Source: a virus | Reading direction: 5' to 3' (one strand) | DNA: 64,000 nucleotides | IMG/VR virus record: IMGVR_UViG_3300022927_000015 | Coordinates: 1-64,000 of that record | Shown here: in pieces, positions 28,705 to 38,961 of the stretch | How positions within the stretch are numbered: position 1 is the stretch's first letter | How the letters are laid out: every line of letters begins with the position of its first letter | Position numbers and translations under genes: made by a program | The notes under the pieces: model-generated | Database searches by the model: none | What the model was told of the DNA's origin: nothing | The model's input: only the letters and a program-made list of their open reading frames with translations

Positions 28705-31700
28705 TTAAAAGGAACTGCCTTCTTGCGCAAACCCTTGCGTTATACCACCACGGCTAGAAGATCCACCAGATCTAACAACATCATTTACTCTAGTGGCAGT
28801 AACAGAAGGGCTTAACTTAGTTAAAACTTTTTCTAAATCATTTAAACCTTTGGTAACTGTCTTTGATGGGAATACATCTAAATTAAGGTTATCTGAACGG
28901 AATTTAGCAAACACCTCAACATCATATTGATAGACATCCTGATTATCAGGGAATATATCAAATCCTATTCTTTTTGCATAAGTAACATTAACCGTTGAAC
29001 CTGTACTATCACCTGCAATATTTCCAAATCCACCTGCACTACCAGAACCAGTTCCAAAGTAATCGGTCATTCTATATTGAAATACCATCGGGATATTTAT
29101 AGAATTCTGTTGACCAAATCCAACAATCGTAGCAGACTGTATTGAATCACCACCTACTTGAATATTGTTATGGTCATCTGAAGAAATGAACAGATAAGAT
29201 CCGCAACTTTCTTTACCTAAAGTATATTGATCAAATGTTTCAAACGCAGTTTTAACATTTCTACTATACCCAGCGCCGCCATTAACACTTTTTAATGCAA
29301 TAAGAGATGATGCGGTCAATGAAGGGCTAGGTTGAATTAATTGACCTGTTGTAAAGCTTTGCCCAGCTAAAGCACCTGTAGTTGTTAATGTTTCTAATTC
29401 AACAATATTTTCATTTAGGTAAATTGCCTGTTGCTTCCCCTTTGCCTGATCAGACTGTAATGGAATAAATTTTGAATGTCTAAATAAAACATTAGCAGTA
29501 CCATTACCGTTAGAAGTACAATCTAAAGCACCTGGTATAGGGTCTCCTACATTTCCTAATGTTGTAGTATCTCCTGTAAATTGGATATATGCAGCTCTAA
29601 ATGCATCCAAATTTTGTATATATGGGTGAGTAATATGAATCTCTAGTGTTTCGTCACCAGTAGCAATTGGGTAAGTCCCTGCGGTTGTTGGTGCACCAGT
29701 AGCATCAAACCCACCACCCCAAATAAATTCAGCCGGATCAATTGAAACTGTCCCTGTATCTCTACCGTAGAAATTTTCAGCAGAATCTAAATTAAATGTA
29801 AAGTCATTGTCTGGGTTGCGGTAATTGTAAAAGTTTTCCTCAGAAGAAACATCGCTATATCTACTATTAATAAATTGATTTTTATTCTGTGTTGATTGGA
29901 AAGGTGCTAAAGATGTGGTCTGACCGTAACTCCAGTTACCATCCACAGTAGGATTAGTCAAAAGAACCGGTGTTAGGTCATATTTTCTAACAGTATTATA
30001 ATCAGCATCGTCTGAAGTAAACGTTGCAACACCACTACTTTGATTAACCGAACTGTTATCTAACCATGAATAAGTAGCAGGTAAAATAGTACTACCCCCA
30101 GTTACCTCACTTATTGTGTAATTAGGATTTTCTGATTGTTTAACCATGCGGCCTCTGTTACCGGCAATCCTAGAAATTAATCTTAGTCCAGTTTGTTCAT
30201 TATTGGCTAAGTTAATAAAGAATGTTTTAGATATAATAGCCCCTCTAGGATCATCTAGGTTAGATACTTCTTGGGAATAAAAACCAGCAAAAACTTTAGT
30301 TAAAGAATTTCTCTTAAGGTTAGTTACATTACCTTGATCATCAATTAAAGTAACAACCAAATTACCTTGAGCATTTCTAAGTATTTCAGCAAACTCGTCT
30401 AAACGATTTTGCATTTCTTGTAGCTTAGTAAATAGATCAATTGGCGTTTGGTTCTCAGATAAGAAACCTGATGCAATAACCGGTGTTGAGTGAGCAAAAT
30501 AAGTTTCGTTTGCAGTAAATGAACTACTTAAATGCTGGTCAATACCTTTTGCATTTAGATCTTCTTCAAGACTTACTTTAGCCAAATCTTGTTGGTTCTG
30601 ATTTAGTATTGCCTCGGTTGCATTATCCGAACTTAAGTCAGCTGGGAATTGAATTATAACTGGATTAGACCAAGAACTCTCTAATGGGTTTGATGGCCAT
30701 CCTGCTTCACTTATTGATTTAACCTGTACCTCTACCTGTTCACCCTTTCTAATTGGTATGTCTAACTGGTTAATATTTACTGAATCTGCATTATCTGCAT
30801 CAATTGCAATCCATTCATATGTACCTGTGATTGGGTTTCTTTCTCTAGGCCTAAGGGTACTTTCAACTATATTATAATTAGAAAATGCACCTTGGCTTTT
30901 TCCAGACCCATCAGTAAAAGTAAACTGATCTACCGGGTTGGCTGCACCATCACTTGATAGGTATCGGTATCTTATCTTAAACTTAACGATTGACTGTGTA
31001 CCGGTAGCTGGTGTAGATTTTTCCTGTGGCATTGGCCAAAAACCTCTAGCCCTATATTTAGGTGTTATGCTTGATACTGAATTATCTTTAGATTTAGCAT
31101 CTATCTCCTTTACAACGGATGAATACAGTTGCGCCTGCGAAGATCTCTCTGTAATTAAACCTTGTAATGCATTCTTATCAGCATCTCTTTCAACCTCAGT
31201 AGAATAATTAGTTGTTTGTATCTTTGTTCTACTCTGTGCTATAGCACCATCTAATTCTTTAAGAGTAGCTTCAATGGTATTCTTTTGATTATTTAAATCT
31301 GTTAATTCTATAATTGCTGGAGAATCACTAACTTGCCCATTAATTAACTTAACATTAAAATCGTCAATCGTCAATTCAGGCGCATTTGGAATAATACCCT
31401 CCCTTGTTGTTGGAATCTTATCATCAGCAAAAGATAATAGCATCGAACCAAAATCAATTGCACTCTGTTGGTAATATTCAGCTAAAGTCTGTTCTACACC
31501 TGCGGCATTTATGGTAGTTAATGTATTTGTATAAAATGCACTACCCGGTGACCAATTAACAGATGGAATTTTTGAATCTGGATCTATAGGCTTAACGAAA
31601 GTAACACATCTTTCATTAAATCCTACCGTTACATCAACCTGTACATTATCTTCTAATGCAGAAGATATTTTTAAAATGTCAGCACCAATTCTAATAGGCT

Positions 31701-32589
31701 CGGATCCTTCAACCAATTCCAATATAACTGTATTTGTACTAGAATCAATTTTAGTAATTCTATATCTTGTATTAATAGGATCGGTAATAACCTCAAGACT
31801 ATCTCCTACTGCAAGCTGTACCGTGTCGTCAAAATCGGCCTCTGCATCAGTATAAAAAAGTTTATTTAGTTTATATTGTTTCTTTTGAGAAGTGACCGTA
31901 ACACCGTTAATTTCCTCTGTAACAGTGGCATCTGATATTCTAACGACGCTGAAGTTGCCAGTATATCTTTTAACTCTAGGTGGTAGATCAACAACAGCTT
32001 CATCCAATACATATGAAATATTTCTCTCTACAATTTGTTGTAAAAAGGTATCATAATTAATGTCTGCCCGACCTTCAAAATTATTAGTAAAGTAATTAAC
32101 TTTAGCTTGTGTATTGGTATTAAGAATAAATCTTTGTATGATTGCTCTTTCAGTATCAATAGGTACCTGTCCAGTTAAATCAAATGAAATGTATAAGAGT
32201 GGGTTGATTAACTCTTCAAAAAACCAATTAGGTTTAATGTTAAAGTTTTCAATTGAATTAATAGATGTTAAGCTATTTGCTTCTGTTGGTAACTTTGCTA
32301 AAACTAATTTTCTAAATGTACCATCGGAAAGTCTAATTGAACTGTTCGAACCATTGACATTAGTAATTGTATTAATATTAGATTGAAGTCTATCTACAGA
32401 GTTCTTAAGAAAACCGAAACTAGGAATAGTAACCCTGGAATTTGTACCATCATTATTTTGAATATTGATAGTAACCGATTCATTACTAGAAGTAATGGCC
32501 TGATTAACCTTCTCAAAACTTTCTAAAGAATTATTGAATAACCTTAAAAGTTCAGGTAAGAGAGTTGATATAGAATTATTTTCAGCCAT
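28705..32589 (-). CDS. Large putative structural protein (1294 aa) with coiled-coil and FN3-like segments
   Basis: Long ORF; ..EVQVKSISEAGWPSNPLESSWS.. is FN3-like; lies in the baseplate block. Confidence 0.55.
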   Translation of the reverse strand: MAENNSISTLLPELLRLFNNSLESFEKVNQAITSSNESVTINIQNNDGTNSRVTIPSFGFLKNSVDRLQSNINTITNVNGSNSSIRLSDGTFRKLVLAKLPTEANSLTSINSIENFNIKPNWFFEELINPLLYISFDLTGQVPIDTERAIIQRFILNTNTQAKVNYFTNNFEGRADINYDTFLQQIVERNISYVLDEAVVDLPPRVKRYTGNFSVVRISDATVTEEINGVTVTSQKKQYKLNKLFYTDAEADFDDTVQLAVGDSLEVITDPINTRYRITKIDSSTNTVILELVEGSEPIRIGADILKISSALEDNVQVDVTVGFNERCVTFVKPIDPDSKIPSVNWSPGSAFYTNTLTTINAAGVEQTLAEYYQQSAIDFGSMLLSFADDKIPTTREGIIPNAPELTIDDFNVKLINGQVSDSPAIIELTDLNNQKNTIEATLKELDGAIAQSRTKIQTTNYSTEVERDADKNALQGLITERSSQAQLYSSVVKEIDAKSKDNSVSSITPKYRARGFWPMPQEKSTPATGTQSIVKFKIRYRYLSSDGAANPVDQFTFTDGSGKSQGAFSNYNIVESTLRPRERNPITGTYEWIAIDADNADSVNINQLDIPIRKGEQVEVQVKSISEAGWPSNPLESSWSNPVIIQFPADLSSDNATEAILNQNQQDLAKVSLEEDLNAKGIDQHLSSSFTANETYFAHSTPVIASGFLSENQTPIDLFTKLQEMQNRLDEFAEILRNAQGNLVVTLIDDQGNVTNLKRNSLTKVFAGFYSQEVSNLDDPRGAIISKTFFINLANNEQTGLRLISRIAGNRGRMVKQSENPNYTISEVTGGSTILPATYSWLDNSSVNQSSGVATFTSDDADYNTVRKYDLTPVLLTNPTVDGNWSYGQTTSLAPFQSTQNKNQFINSRYSDVSSEENFYNYRNPDNDFTFNLDSAENFYGRDTGTVSIDPAEFIWGGGFDATGAPTTAGTYPIATGDETLEIHITHPYIQNLDAFRAAYIQFTGDTTTLGNVGDPIPGALDCTSNGNGTANVLFRHSKFIPLQSDQAKGKQQAIYLNENIVELETLTTTGALAGQSFTTGQLIQPSPSLTASSLIALKSVNGGAGYSRNVKTAFETFDQYTLGKESCGSYLFISSDDHNNIQVGGDSIQSATIVGFGQQNSINIPMVFQYRMTDYFGTGSGSAGGFGNIAGDSTGSTVNVTYAKRIGFDIFPDNQDVYQYDVEVFAKFRSDNLNLDVFPSKTVTKGLNDLEKVLTKLSPSVTATRVNDVVRSGGSSSRGGITQGFAQEGSSF

Positions 32590-32614
32590 TATTATCTTTA
32601 CGTTCTTTTATTAT

Positions 32615-34732
32615 TTATTTAATGATATCATATACGAAATTCAGAGTACCTTGTTCTGTACATATAAATTCAATTATAGGTTTCTCTGTAATATCAGAGT
32701 TTGTAATGACTCCCATAGATACTCCAAATGAACCGTTATTTAGTCTACTTGGTGCATCAGTCCAAACACGAATATTCCTAGAACCTATATTAAGATTATT
32801 ATTGAATGTTAATCTAAGAGTTTGACCAGTCTTCCATTGTATATCAGTATCATCAATGTAAATATTCAAATCACCGCCTGCTTGATTTACAGTATCTAAT
32901 CTTAACATATTAGTATAAGTAACTAAATCAGCAAATACTTGTGGAATTGCTTGATTAAGATCAAGAGGGTTAGCAGTTGTTATAGTAACCTCATCTGCGT
33001 TGTAAGGTATCATAAAATTGTATTCCTGTGTTGCTAATGAAATAGTAACAAGATTAGGTGTGTTAGTATCAACCTTAATACCAGTACCTTGTCTAATTAC
33101 ATCAGTGTTATACTGTAAAGTAATTGGTACATTACCTGTAGCCAATGCCTGTATTTCATCTGAGTTTTTAGCAATAAGATCTAACAAAACAGTATCATTA
33201 GCAAAAGCAAGATTAGCTGCATCCAATTGATCCTGGACACTGTTAATCTGAGCCTGTAATGAAGTCACATCGGATACGTTGGCAATTTGATTTTCTAGAG
33301 ATTGTACCTTTTGGTCAATCTTTGATATTTCTAATTGCTGCGTCTGGAATATTTTTGCAGATTCTTGTAATTGTGCAGTCGCTTCACTGAAGAGCTGCAT
33401 TGAAAATGTATTATAGTCATTAACGATTGTGTCGATACCGGCCGTTCCTGGTGAAGCATCAAATCGTAAATTAATTTTAAATCCATAACTGTTTCCGTTT
33501 TGCCCGGTAACTTTATTTGGTTTAAACTTAGGATATCTCTGAATGTAACCACCATCAGTTGTTGGAGTAATGTTATCAACAAGAAGAATACCGTATAGGT
33601 TAGTAACCGTATTTGAAGTATTACTTGTATCAACTAAATCATAATAGACCAACACGGTATTAAATTCAAATGTACCTGCAAGATCAGTTCCATTAAATTG
33701 TGCAATAGTAGATATTGTAGGGTCCGATGCAATTTGCTCATAATCACCTGGTGTGAAGTCTACTGAGATACCATCAAGCTCAGATCTAACGTAAGCAGAT
33801 CCACTATATCCAGCAGGACTTCCATAATCTGCCGGGTATTTTCTAATGTTAGCATTGTTAGCACTAATAAACGAACCAGGTTCAGTAAAATATGAATCTG
33901 TTGATGTTGGCGGATTAGGCTCATTCATCCAGTTTGCATTGGGATCGGTATACCCACCGTTAATACCTGGGCCTAAGAGAGGTTGATCATAATCATAGAA
34001 TGCATTAATACTTAACCCTTGTGGATGTATTGTACTAGCATTTCTACCTAATATAAATTCATCCTTGCCTTGTATTCTTAAACTAGGCTGGTAATTTAAA
34101 TCTGAAATTGAGTCAAACAAAACAGTTGGAGTTTTACCAACTTCAGTAGGAACATTAATATAAAGTTCAGTGTAAGCTTCTCCTGCTTTATCAACATTAT
34201 TAACAATATCAATATCTCCTATGTATTGTACAACCTTTCTATATTGTCTAGGTCCTGTTAACTGTTGATCTTCTTCAACAAATAAAGGCCTTGTAATACT
34301 TGGTGTTTTTTCAAGATTAGTGGCTTCTCTAAATCGGATAGCACCAGTTTCTTTTAGCCACTTAAAGAAAACACGTTCGGCAACAGATCTTTGGATAGTA
34401 TTATCATATCCTGCATCACTTATAATTAACTCTTCTAAATTTAGCGCATAATTTTGAAGGCTTTCTGTAAAGTTAACATTAGGATCTCCTTTTAACCCAC
34501 CACTTGCAATCATACCGTCTATGGTATCAAATTGCATATAGTTTTCATAATTACTAAATGTATTAGGATCAAGTCTATCAAAGTCAGGCAAATTCAAAAG
34601 CACAAACTTAGAAAAGACTAACTTAAGGCTGTCATTATTAAGTGTCTTTGATAAATCTCGTGCAGAAGAAGAGAAGGTGTAAAAAGTACCTCCTTCAGCC
34701 TGCGGCGTTTTAATTAAAGGCGTGGTTGCCAT
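32615..34732 (-). CDS. Putative structural protein (705 aa)
   Basis: Long ORF with a coiled-coil segment, in the baseplate block. Confidence 0.55.
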   Translation of the reverse strand: MATTPLIKTPQAEGGTFYTFSSSARDLSKTLNNDSLKLVFSKFVLLNLPDFDRLDPNTFSNYENYMQFDTIDGMIASGGLKGDPNVNFTESLQNYALNLEELIISDAGYDNTIQRSVAERVFFKWLKETGAIRFREATNLEKTPSITRPLFVEEDQQLTGPRQYRKVVQYIGDIDIVNNVDKAGEAYTELYINVPTEVGKTPTVLFDSISDLNYQPSLRIQGKDEFILGRNASTIHPQGLSINAFYDYDQPLLGPGINGGYTDPNANWMNEPNPPTSTDSYFTEPGSFISANNANIRKYPADYGSPAGYSGSAYVRSELDGISVDFTPGDYEQIASDPTISTIAQFNGTDLAGTFEFNTVLVYYDLVDTSNTSNTVTNLYGILLVDNITPTTDGGYIQRYPKFKPNKVTGQNGNSYGFKINLRFDASPGTAGIDTIVNDYNTFSMQLFSEATAQLQESAKIFQTQQLEISKIDQKVQSLENQIANVSDVTSLQAQINSVQDQLDAANLAFANDTVLLDLIAKNSDEIQALATGNVPITLQYNTDVIRQGTGIKVDTNTPNLVTISLATQEYNFMIPYNADEVTITTANPLDLNQAIPQVFADLVTYTNMLRLDTVNQAGGDLNIYIDDTDIQWKTGQTLRLTFNNNLNIGSRNIRVWTDAPSRLNNGSFGVSMGVITNSDITEKPIIEFICTEQGTLNFVYDIIK

Positions 34733-34749
34733 GTATTACTTTCTTTTTA

Positions 34750-35397
34750 TTAACTAATTGTATATCCTACTCCACCAACTAAGTACCAATCACCATTTCC
34801 TGTTCCATCATCAACACATACAAGGTGAACCGATTGACCTTGAGCATCTAATGTCAAGGTTGGTGTACCGCCTGCACCAGGAAGAATTAAAGGATTAACT
34901 GCACCTTTAATATCTACTGCTCCAGTTTGTGCTTCAGAATAGACAAAGAATATTTCTTGACCAATGACACCATCATTAAGTAAAACTGTAATAGCTGTAC
35001 CTGTGGAATTACCTACTCTTTCAATAGTATACGGTGGAACTGCTGTGCTTGTTCCAACATTAATAGGTGATCCTCCAGCAAAAGTATCATTTAATGTTTG
35101 TGGATCCACATCGTTTCTAACCAAACCTCCACCGTTAAGGTTAAGATTTCCTGTCATATTAACATTGGTTAAAACATCAAAGGTGGATGCATTAATGTCT
35201 AAGTAGATTGTACTCAAACCAACTCTTAATGATTCTGTTTTAAGATCATTAAGATTAGTAATAGTACCAGCAGTTGGGTTAAAGTAAACCTCCATTGCAT
35301 TAATCTCACTTGTCAAGATATTAAAGTTATCGTTTAATACCAGTCTAGATCCGGATAATGAATCTGTTCCAAGAATTTCTGTTACGCTAATTGCCAT
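34750..35397 (-). CDS. Baseplate/fibre connector protein (gp9/gp10-like N-terminus)
   Basis: GTDSLSGSRLVLNDNFNIL is similar to the N-terminus of 21191..24013. Confidence 0.55.
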   Translation of the reverse strand: MAISVTEILGTDSLSGSRLVLNDNFNILTSEINAMEVYFNPTAGTITNLNDLKTESLRVGLSTIYLDINASTFDVLTNVNMTGNLNLNGGGLVRNDVDPQTLNDTFAGGSPINVGTSTAVPPYTIERVGNSTGTAITVLLNDGVIGQEIFFVYSEAQTGAVDIKGAVNPLILPGAGGTPTLTLDAQGQSVHLVCVDDGTGNGDWYLVGGVGYTIS

Positions 35398-35404
35398 TTC
35401 TTTG

Positions 35405-38400
35405 TTATTTTATTACCAGGATATTCCTACCCTTTTTATATTTATTCCCGTTCGTGTCTGTAAGTTCAAGAGTGATCTCATATTTACCTGGATGCTTAAA
35501 CAGATAAGTCAAGTATTTACTCTCAAAATATATATCGGCCACTCTAGAGTTAGTAGTATTCTTAATTATCCATCTAGGATTAGCCTTACCAGGTATCTTA
35601 CATTTATCATAAACAAACATCAACCAAGTCATCTTAGGTAATGTCTTTCCGTTATTTATAAACTTAGCAGTATTCCATGTTGGGTTACTTGCTTTATGTA
35701 ATCCTTTTCTATAAATTAAACTAGGACACCCAGTAGATCCAGTAGATCCAGTTGATCCAGTATTTCCTGTAGATGGGCATACTCTACTACCATCTGCATA
35801 TACAATATCAATGTATGTCCAATCACCATGTACTCCAAAATATCTACATACAGCTTGTATAAATTTTTGATTATTGCTTGCATCATATACTACATTATAA
35901 ACATACTTATTAATGATAGGATCTTTACTAACATTTAAACTTGATGCAGCTTGTGCCAATGTAGTAGTACTTAAATCAAAATAATGCTCGGCAGTATTAC
36001 CTTTAGTGTCAGTGATCTTAAGATAAGTATCAGGTATTACTTCAGAAAATTGGAAAAACGCCGGTGTATCCCCGGTTGTACTAGTCATATCCCACCATAA
36101 GTGATAGGTATCATTCCAACCTCCTATATCTAAGTTATCCCAGAAATACGGTCCTGAAAAACTAGCCTTACCATCATCTTGGTAATTAAGTAATTGGAAG
36201 TCAGGAGATGACCCTAATCCAAAATTATTCAGTATAGCATTAACACGATCTAACGATTCATATAGGCTAGGAGTTTCTTCTTCCCAAGTAATTGCAGGCT
36301 CTATAGGCAAATTCCAGTATGAACCATAATCATTCCACTTAAATTTTCCTTCGCTTGACCATGTATAATTTTCTTTACGTGATTGATACCAACCTGAGTA
36401 TTCAACCTCCCTGCTTTCAACACAAATAAAATCAGTCTTAACCTTAGAAGATATGTTATTATACAAATCATATAATTTCATTTCAACCGTATAGGTTCCT
36501 ACATAAGGTAAGATTACAGGTAATTTGCTATAGTCTGCAATAGGTCCTCTTATGACTTCAAAATATGCAGGAGATATATCAGTCTCGTCTTTAAATATAG
36601 TCCATTCTATTTCATCAAAATTTCCACGCTCAATAGCATCCCAGGTAAATAAAGTCTCCCCTGGTAACTGCTTAAATAATAATTGTGATCCAACAACAGA
36701 TTGACATGTTACTTTTAATCTATCTACGTTTTGGCCGAATACTCTAACCACATCACCAGTAACAGTATTCTCTTTACTTATATCCCAAAATACCCAAGGA
36801 TCAACAAATGAAGTTTTAAGAGCAATCAATTGACTATATAAATTATTAACTACATCAGTATCAGTATCTCCACCAACAGCAGTATATGTTGCACCTGTAT
36901 TAGTGTCAGGATCATTGATTGTAAATATGTCACCTGCTGCTATACCTTGTGGGTCTATATCAAATGAAAAGAATTTATTGGCATCATTTAATTGATTCCA
37001 TGTTAAGTCAATATTGTTCCATGTTAATGTATTAAATGAAGTATTCTCTAATGTTGTTAATGCACCAACAGGAATTCCAGGTTTGTCAGGTAGATACCAA
37101 GAAGATTCGCCATCGGGCCATGCACCTATTTTATTTAACTTAGGGGCATACCTAGTAAAGTATCCAACGAAGGCATCAGCCAATGCTTGCACTGTTACAT
37201 TGGCTCCATCAAACGGTGCTCCCATAGGATCATTAAAATCAGGTCCTATAGGCGGTGGTGGGTATATAGTTCCAGTGTTAACTGGGCCTGCTATAATATT
37301 TCTACCAACACCAGTTGTGAAAGGGGCTACATAAGCATTACAGAAATTAACAATGGCTTCATCTACTATTGCTTCACTTCCCAAACAAAAAGAAGAAAAA
37401 CTTCTAAGATCTTCTATGTAAATACAATCATCAGTTGACAGTTTAAAATTTGCATCTATACCAGCAACTATTTCTCTCTTATCATTTCTACTTATTGTAT
37501 TTACTACCTCCAATAAACCAAAGAAATCTGCCTCACCAGTAATATCCTTAATATGAGCATTAAGTGGTAAGAATTCTTTTTCTAATTTTTTCTTAAGACC
37601 GAATAGCTTAATTAAGATTTCTTCAATAGTAAAATCAAAGTTTTCTTCAGTTATTGGTAAATCTTCAATATCATATTTATCAGGTACAATATTATTGATT
37701 CTATAAACAAGACTAAATAGGCTAGTTTTTCTAAACCTCTTATTAGGTAAAGTTATACTCTTGTCATTATAATTAACAGTTGGATCAAATACACTAATGT
37801 TATTACCTTGAACATATTTTCCAAACTGTGGAGAATTTGCATCTACATTTTTCCAGAATTCTTTTACTTGTAATGTATCATAACCAAAAAACTTAATAGC
37901 ATTTACCAAACCTTTATATGAACCTATGAAAGGGTATACATTAGAACCTTCTAACATTATCTCCTTTCTCTTTAGGTTAACCTCCATGTAATCAGGTAAT
38001 AGTTCTTTAATGTTAGTATCTCTAAATACACTACTATCAGATTCCAATATATTATAACCCATATTCTGTGTCATAACCTTTAAGCGCTCATCTTCTCCAA
38101 CAGTTTCACCCCATACTAAAATTTCTGCAATAACTGCATCAGTACACTTATCCTTAATTAAAAGAGTTCTTTTAAAAGTATTTTCAGTTTCAGATCTGAT
38201 TGCAAAATTAATTTGTAATGCCTCTGATGTAATCTTATCTGTAATGGTTAATCCGCTTGGGTCTACTGTTTCTGTAGGATCATAATCTAATGGAATGTCT
38301 AATGCACTTATGATTTCTAGTGGTGGCCCATCCTGTTCCATCTCTAATGATGTCTGGGTTCCGGTATCAAAATCCATATCAAACTGGAATAAAAAGATTT

Positions 38401-38689
38401 CCGTTGGGTCTGATGTTTGCCATTCAGCTACCCATTCACAAACGCCATTAGTTGCACCTGTAGTTCCACTAGGTACTTCAATACCATGAGGGAATCCGAA
38501 TTTCTTAGTGCTTGTATTTGAATCTATAAATTCTTCAAGTATAAATAATTGACCCACTTCAAATAACCCGATAGATACCTCAGGAAGGTAAACGGTACCA
38601 GTCCATTTATCTGAAGAAGCATCATAATCAAAATTATAATACTTCCCATTCTTATCAAAGAAATTTAAATATTGCCAATTATTAGCCAT
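35405..38689 (-). CDS. Baseplate wedge-like protein with PKD/Ig-like domains (1094 aa)
   Basis: IGSYKGLVNAIKFFGY (wedge-like); YVGTYTVEMKLYD and FKHPGKYEITLELTD are PKD-like. Confidence 0.6.
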   Translation of the reverse strand: MANNWQYLNFFDKNGKYYNFDYDASSDKWTGTVYLPEVSIGLFEVGQLFILEEFIDSNTSTKKFGFPHGIEVPSGTTGATNGVCEWVAEWQTSDPTEIFLFQFDMDFDTGTQTSLEMEQDGPPLEIISALDIPLDYDPTETVDPSGLTITDKITSEALQINFAIRSETENTFKRTLLIKDKCTDAVIAEILVWGETVGEDERLKVMTQNMGYNILESDSSVFRDTNIKELLPDYMEVNLKRKEIMLEGSNVYPFIGSYKGLVNAIKFFGYDTLQVKEFWKNVDANSPQFGKYVQGNNISVFDPTVNYNDKSITLPNKRFRKTSLFSLVYRINNIVPDKYDIEDLPITEENFDFTIEEILIKLFGLKKKLEKEFLPLNAHIKDITGEADFFGLLEVVNTISRNDKREIVAGIDANFKLSTDDCIYIEDLRSFSSFCLGSEAIVDEAIVNFCNAYVAPFTTGVGRNIIAGPVNTGTIYPPPPIGPDFNDPMGAPFDGANVTVQALADAFVGYFTRYAPKLNKIGAWPDGESSWYLPDKPGIPVGALTTLENTSFNTLTWNNIDLTWNQLNDANKFFSFDIDPQGIAAGDIFTINDPDTNTGATYTAVGGDTDTDVVNNLYSQLIALKTSFVDPWVFWDISKENTVTGDVVRVFGQNVDRLKVTCQSVVGSQLLFKQLPGETLFTWDAIERGNFDEIEWTIFKDETDISPAYFEVIRGPIADYSKLPVILPYVGTYTVEMKLYDLYNNISSKVKTDFICVESREVEYSGWYQSRKENYTWSSEGKFKWNDYGSYWNLPIEPAITWEEETPSLYESLDRVNAILNNFGLGSSPDFQLLNYQDDGKASFSGPYFWDNLDIGGWNDTYHLWWDMTSTTGDTPAFFQFSEVIPDTYLKITDTKGNTAEHYFDLSTTTLAQAASSLNVSKDPIINKYVYNVVYDASNNQKFIQAVCRYFGVHGDWTYIDIVYADGSRVCPSTGNTGSTGSTGSTGCPSLIYRKGLHKASNPTWNTAKFINNGKTLPKMTWLMFVYDKCKIPGKANPRWIIKNTTNSRVADIYFESKYLTYLFKHPGKYEITLELTDTNGNKYKKGRNILVIK

Positions 38690-38690
38690 C

Positions 38691-38960
38691 TTAATTTATT
38701 TTTTGATAGTCTTTAGGTACACCAAAGTTATAATAGATTCTAAGGTACTTTACTTTGTTTATCCAAAACAGCATAATAGGTCCTAAGTAATCATTTAAGA
38801 AATCGGCTAATCTATGATTCCTAAACATGTAATTTGAAAAGGAATTTTTCATTAAGTTTTCGTTATAGTCATTACCTAAATTTTTTAGATCCCACCCTTC
38901 TTCATAAGTAGCTTTATAAACACTAGGCATTCCCTTTCTTCTTTCTGTAAATGTATTCAT
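38691..38960 (-). CDS. Hypothetical protein
   Basis: 89 aa ORF tightly packed between baseplate genes. Confidence 0.6.
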   Translation of the reverse strand: MNTFTERRKGMPSVYKATYEEGWDLKNLGNDYNENLMKNSFSNYMFRNHRLADFLNDYLGPIMLFWINKVKYLRIYYNFGVPKDYQKIN

Positions 38961-38961
38961 A

